Source of the DNA: an uncultured Halobacteriales archaeon
Lineage (GTDB): Archaea; Halobacteriota; Halobacteria; Halobacteriales; SKSH01
Assembly (NCBI GenBank): GCA_964639975.1
Contig: CAZXER010000002.1
Span: forward strand, 39,135 to 103,134
Direction: 5' to 3'
Length of the DNA: 64,000 nt
The position numbers and the translations under genes were made by a program. A model generated the notes under the pieces. That model did no database searches and was not told the DNA's origin. It saw only the letters and a program-made list of their open reading frames with translations. Below, piece after piece: positions 63,374 through 64,000 of this stretch. Position 1 is the stretch's first letter; each line of letters opens with the position of its first letter.

Positions 63374-63892
63374 TTACGAGCTCGATTCATCGGTTCGGGC
63401 GACCTGTTGCAGTCTCGCGATCCCATCGATCTCGGTGACGACCTCGACGACCTCGGCGGGCACGAGCTCCTCCCACCCATCATCGGCGATCATCCGGCGT
63501 CTGACCTCCGCCCCTTCATACCGATGTCGATCCACCATGGGTACCTGCTCGACCGGCACGTTGGATTCCTCGAAGAGCCTGACAACGAGTGGGTTGTTCG
63601 AGTAGGCAACGTCAAAGCGCGGACTCATGCTCTGAACGTGACTGACCCACACTGAGTTACGGTCGAGGTCTTCGATCGGGACCGCATAGGTCACCAGGTC
63701 GAGGTCCATCAGTGCCTTCGTGATCATCATGATTCGCTCGCCGCCGGTGAAGGGATCGTTCGCGGTGTGGGAGTCACCGGCACTGCCGATCCCGACCACC
63801 AGCTCGTCGACTCGATCGGCGATCGCCTCGACGACCTGTCGGTGCCCCCGATGAAACGGCTGGAACCGACCGATGAAGATGGCCCGTCGCAT
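63374..63892 (-). CDS. nadM: archaeal nicotinamide-nucleotide adenylyltransferase
   Basis: Trimmed to ATG 63892 (MRRAIFIGRFQPFHRGH, the (H/T)xGH nucleotidyltransferase motif). Confidence 0.9.
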   Translation of the reverse strand: MRRAIFIGRFQPFHRGHRQVVEAIADRVDELVVGIGSAGDSHTANDPFTGGERIMMITKALMDLDLVTYAVPIEDLDRNSVWVSHVQSMSPRFDVAYSNNPLVVRLFEESNVPVEQVPMVDRHRYEGAEVRRRMIADDGWEELVPAEVVEVVTEIDGIARLQQVARTDESSS

Positions 63893-64000
63893 GCGTCGAG
63901 GAAAGGCTGCGTCACCTGATAAAGGGTGGTGCGATGGACCCGGGAGAAAGTATATCAACAGCGCCGGGTTAACACAGGTGACCATCACCTTCCATGAGTG

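Noticed and set aside
1-64000. CRISPR arrays, IS elements, integrases, prophage or defence-island signatures
   Set aside because: I saw no regularly spaced direct repeats longer than the short operator-like motifs reported. There are no transposase, integrase or cas-like ORFs, and no compositional break larger than promoter-sized AT-rich patches. The gene content is core housekeeping.

Overview
This window is a dense, housekeeping-type stretch of a GC-rich haloarchaeal chromosome (class Halobacteria). The evidence is the strongly acidic proteins, the archaeal information-processing genes (TFB, TFS, Spt5/NusG, SecE, NAC, aCPSF1/FttA, thermosome, FtsZ1) and the ether-lipid genes (G1P dehydrogenase, geranylgeranyl reductase).

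I call 73 protein-coding genes. By my own tally of the gaps between calls, about 94% of the window is coding. I found no rRNA, tRNA, CRISPR array, transposase, integrase or recognisable defence gene, so this does not look like an accessory island.

Two genes shorter than the 60-aa ORF-track cutoff were recovered by hand: secE (37058-37225) and a 55-aa CPxCG zinc-ribbon micro-protein (54413-54580, minus strand). Many ORF-track N-termini were trimmed using family-typical N-termini, neighbouring stop codons and A/T-rich TATA-like boxes about 25-32 nt upstream of the chosen start, a spacing that fits leaderless transcripts. Many long ORF-track entries are antisense shadow frames and were rejected.

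Functional blocks:
- FNR-like reductase, ferredoxin and GGR
- NYN-PUA-NAC-TrmI operon
- purB / purN-purH fusion / folC-folP fusion
- HhH-pabB-pabA-pabC operon plus aroE
- dtdA-ftsZ1-secE-nusG
- A DNA-repair-rich neighbourhood: PHP protein, CinA, rhomboid-EndoV, PolX-Mut7-C, NreA, RNase HI
- A run of phosphoesterases: PPase, NPP/AlkP-family, DHH
- A co-directional run of GT81-like glycosyltransferase, Nudix, creatininase-family protein and radical SAM protein

The best candidates for undescribed biology are all hypotheses from sequence and context only:
- a 4-TM, disordered-linker, Cys/His-knuckle membrane protein (45152-45970)
- an orphan HerA/FtsK-type ATPase plus a 4-TM protein next to ftsZ1
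- the translationally coupled hypothetical-PolX-Mut7-C cassette
- the glycosyltransferase / creatininase-family / radical SAM run with a divergent micro-protein
- the 294-nt structured spacer at 25016-25309
- the phased ACTG repeats in the AT-rich padR-ppa spacer
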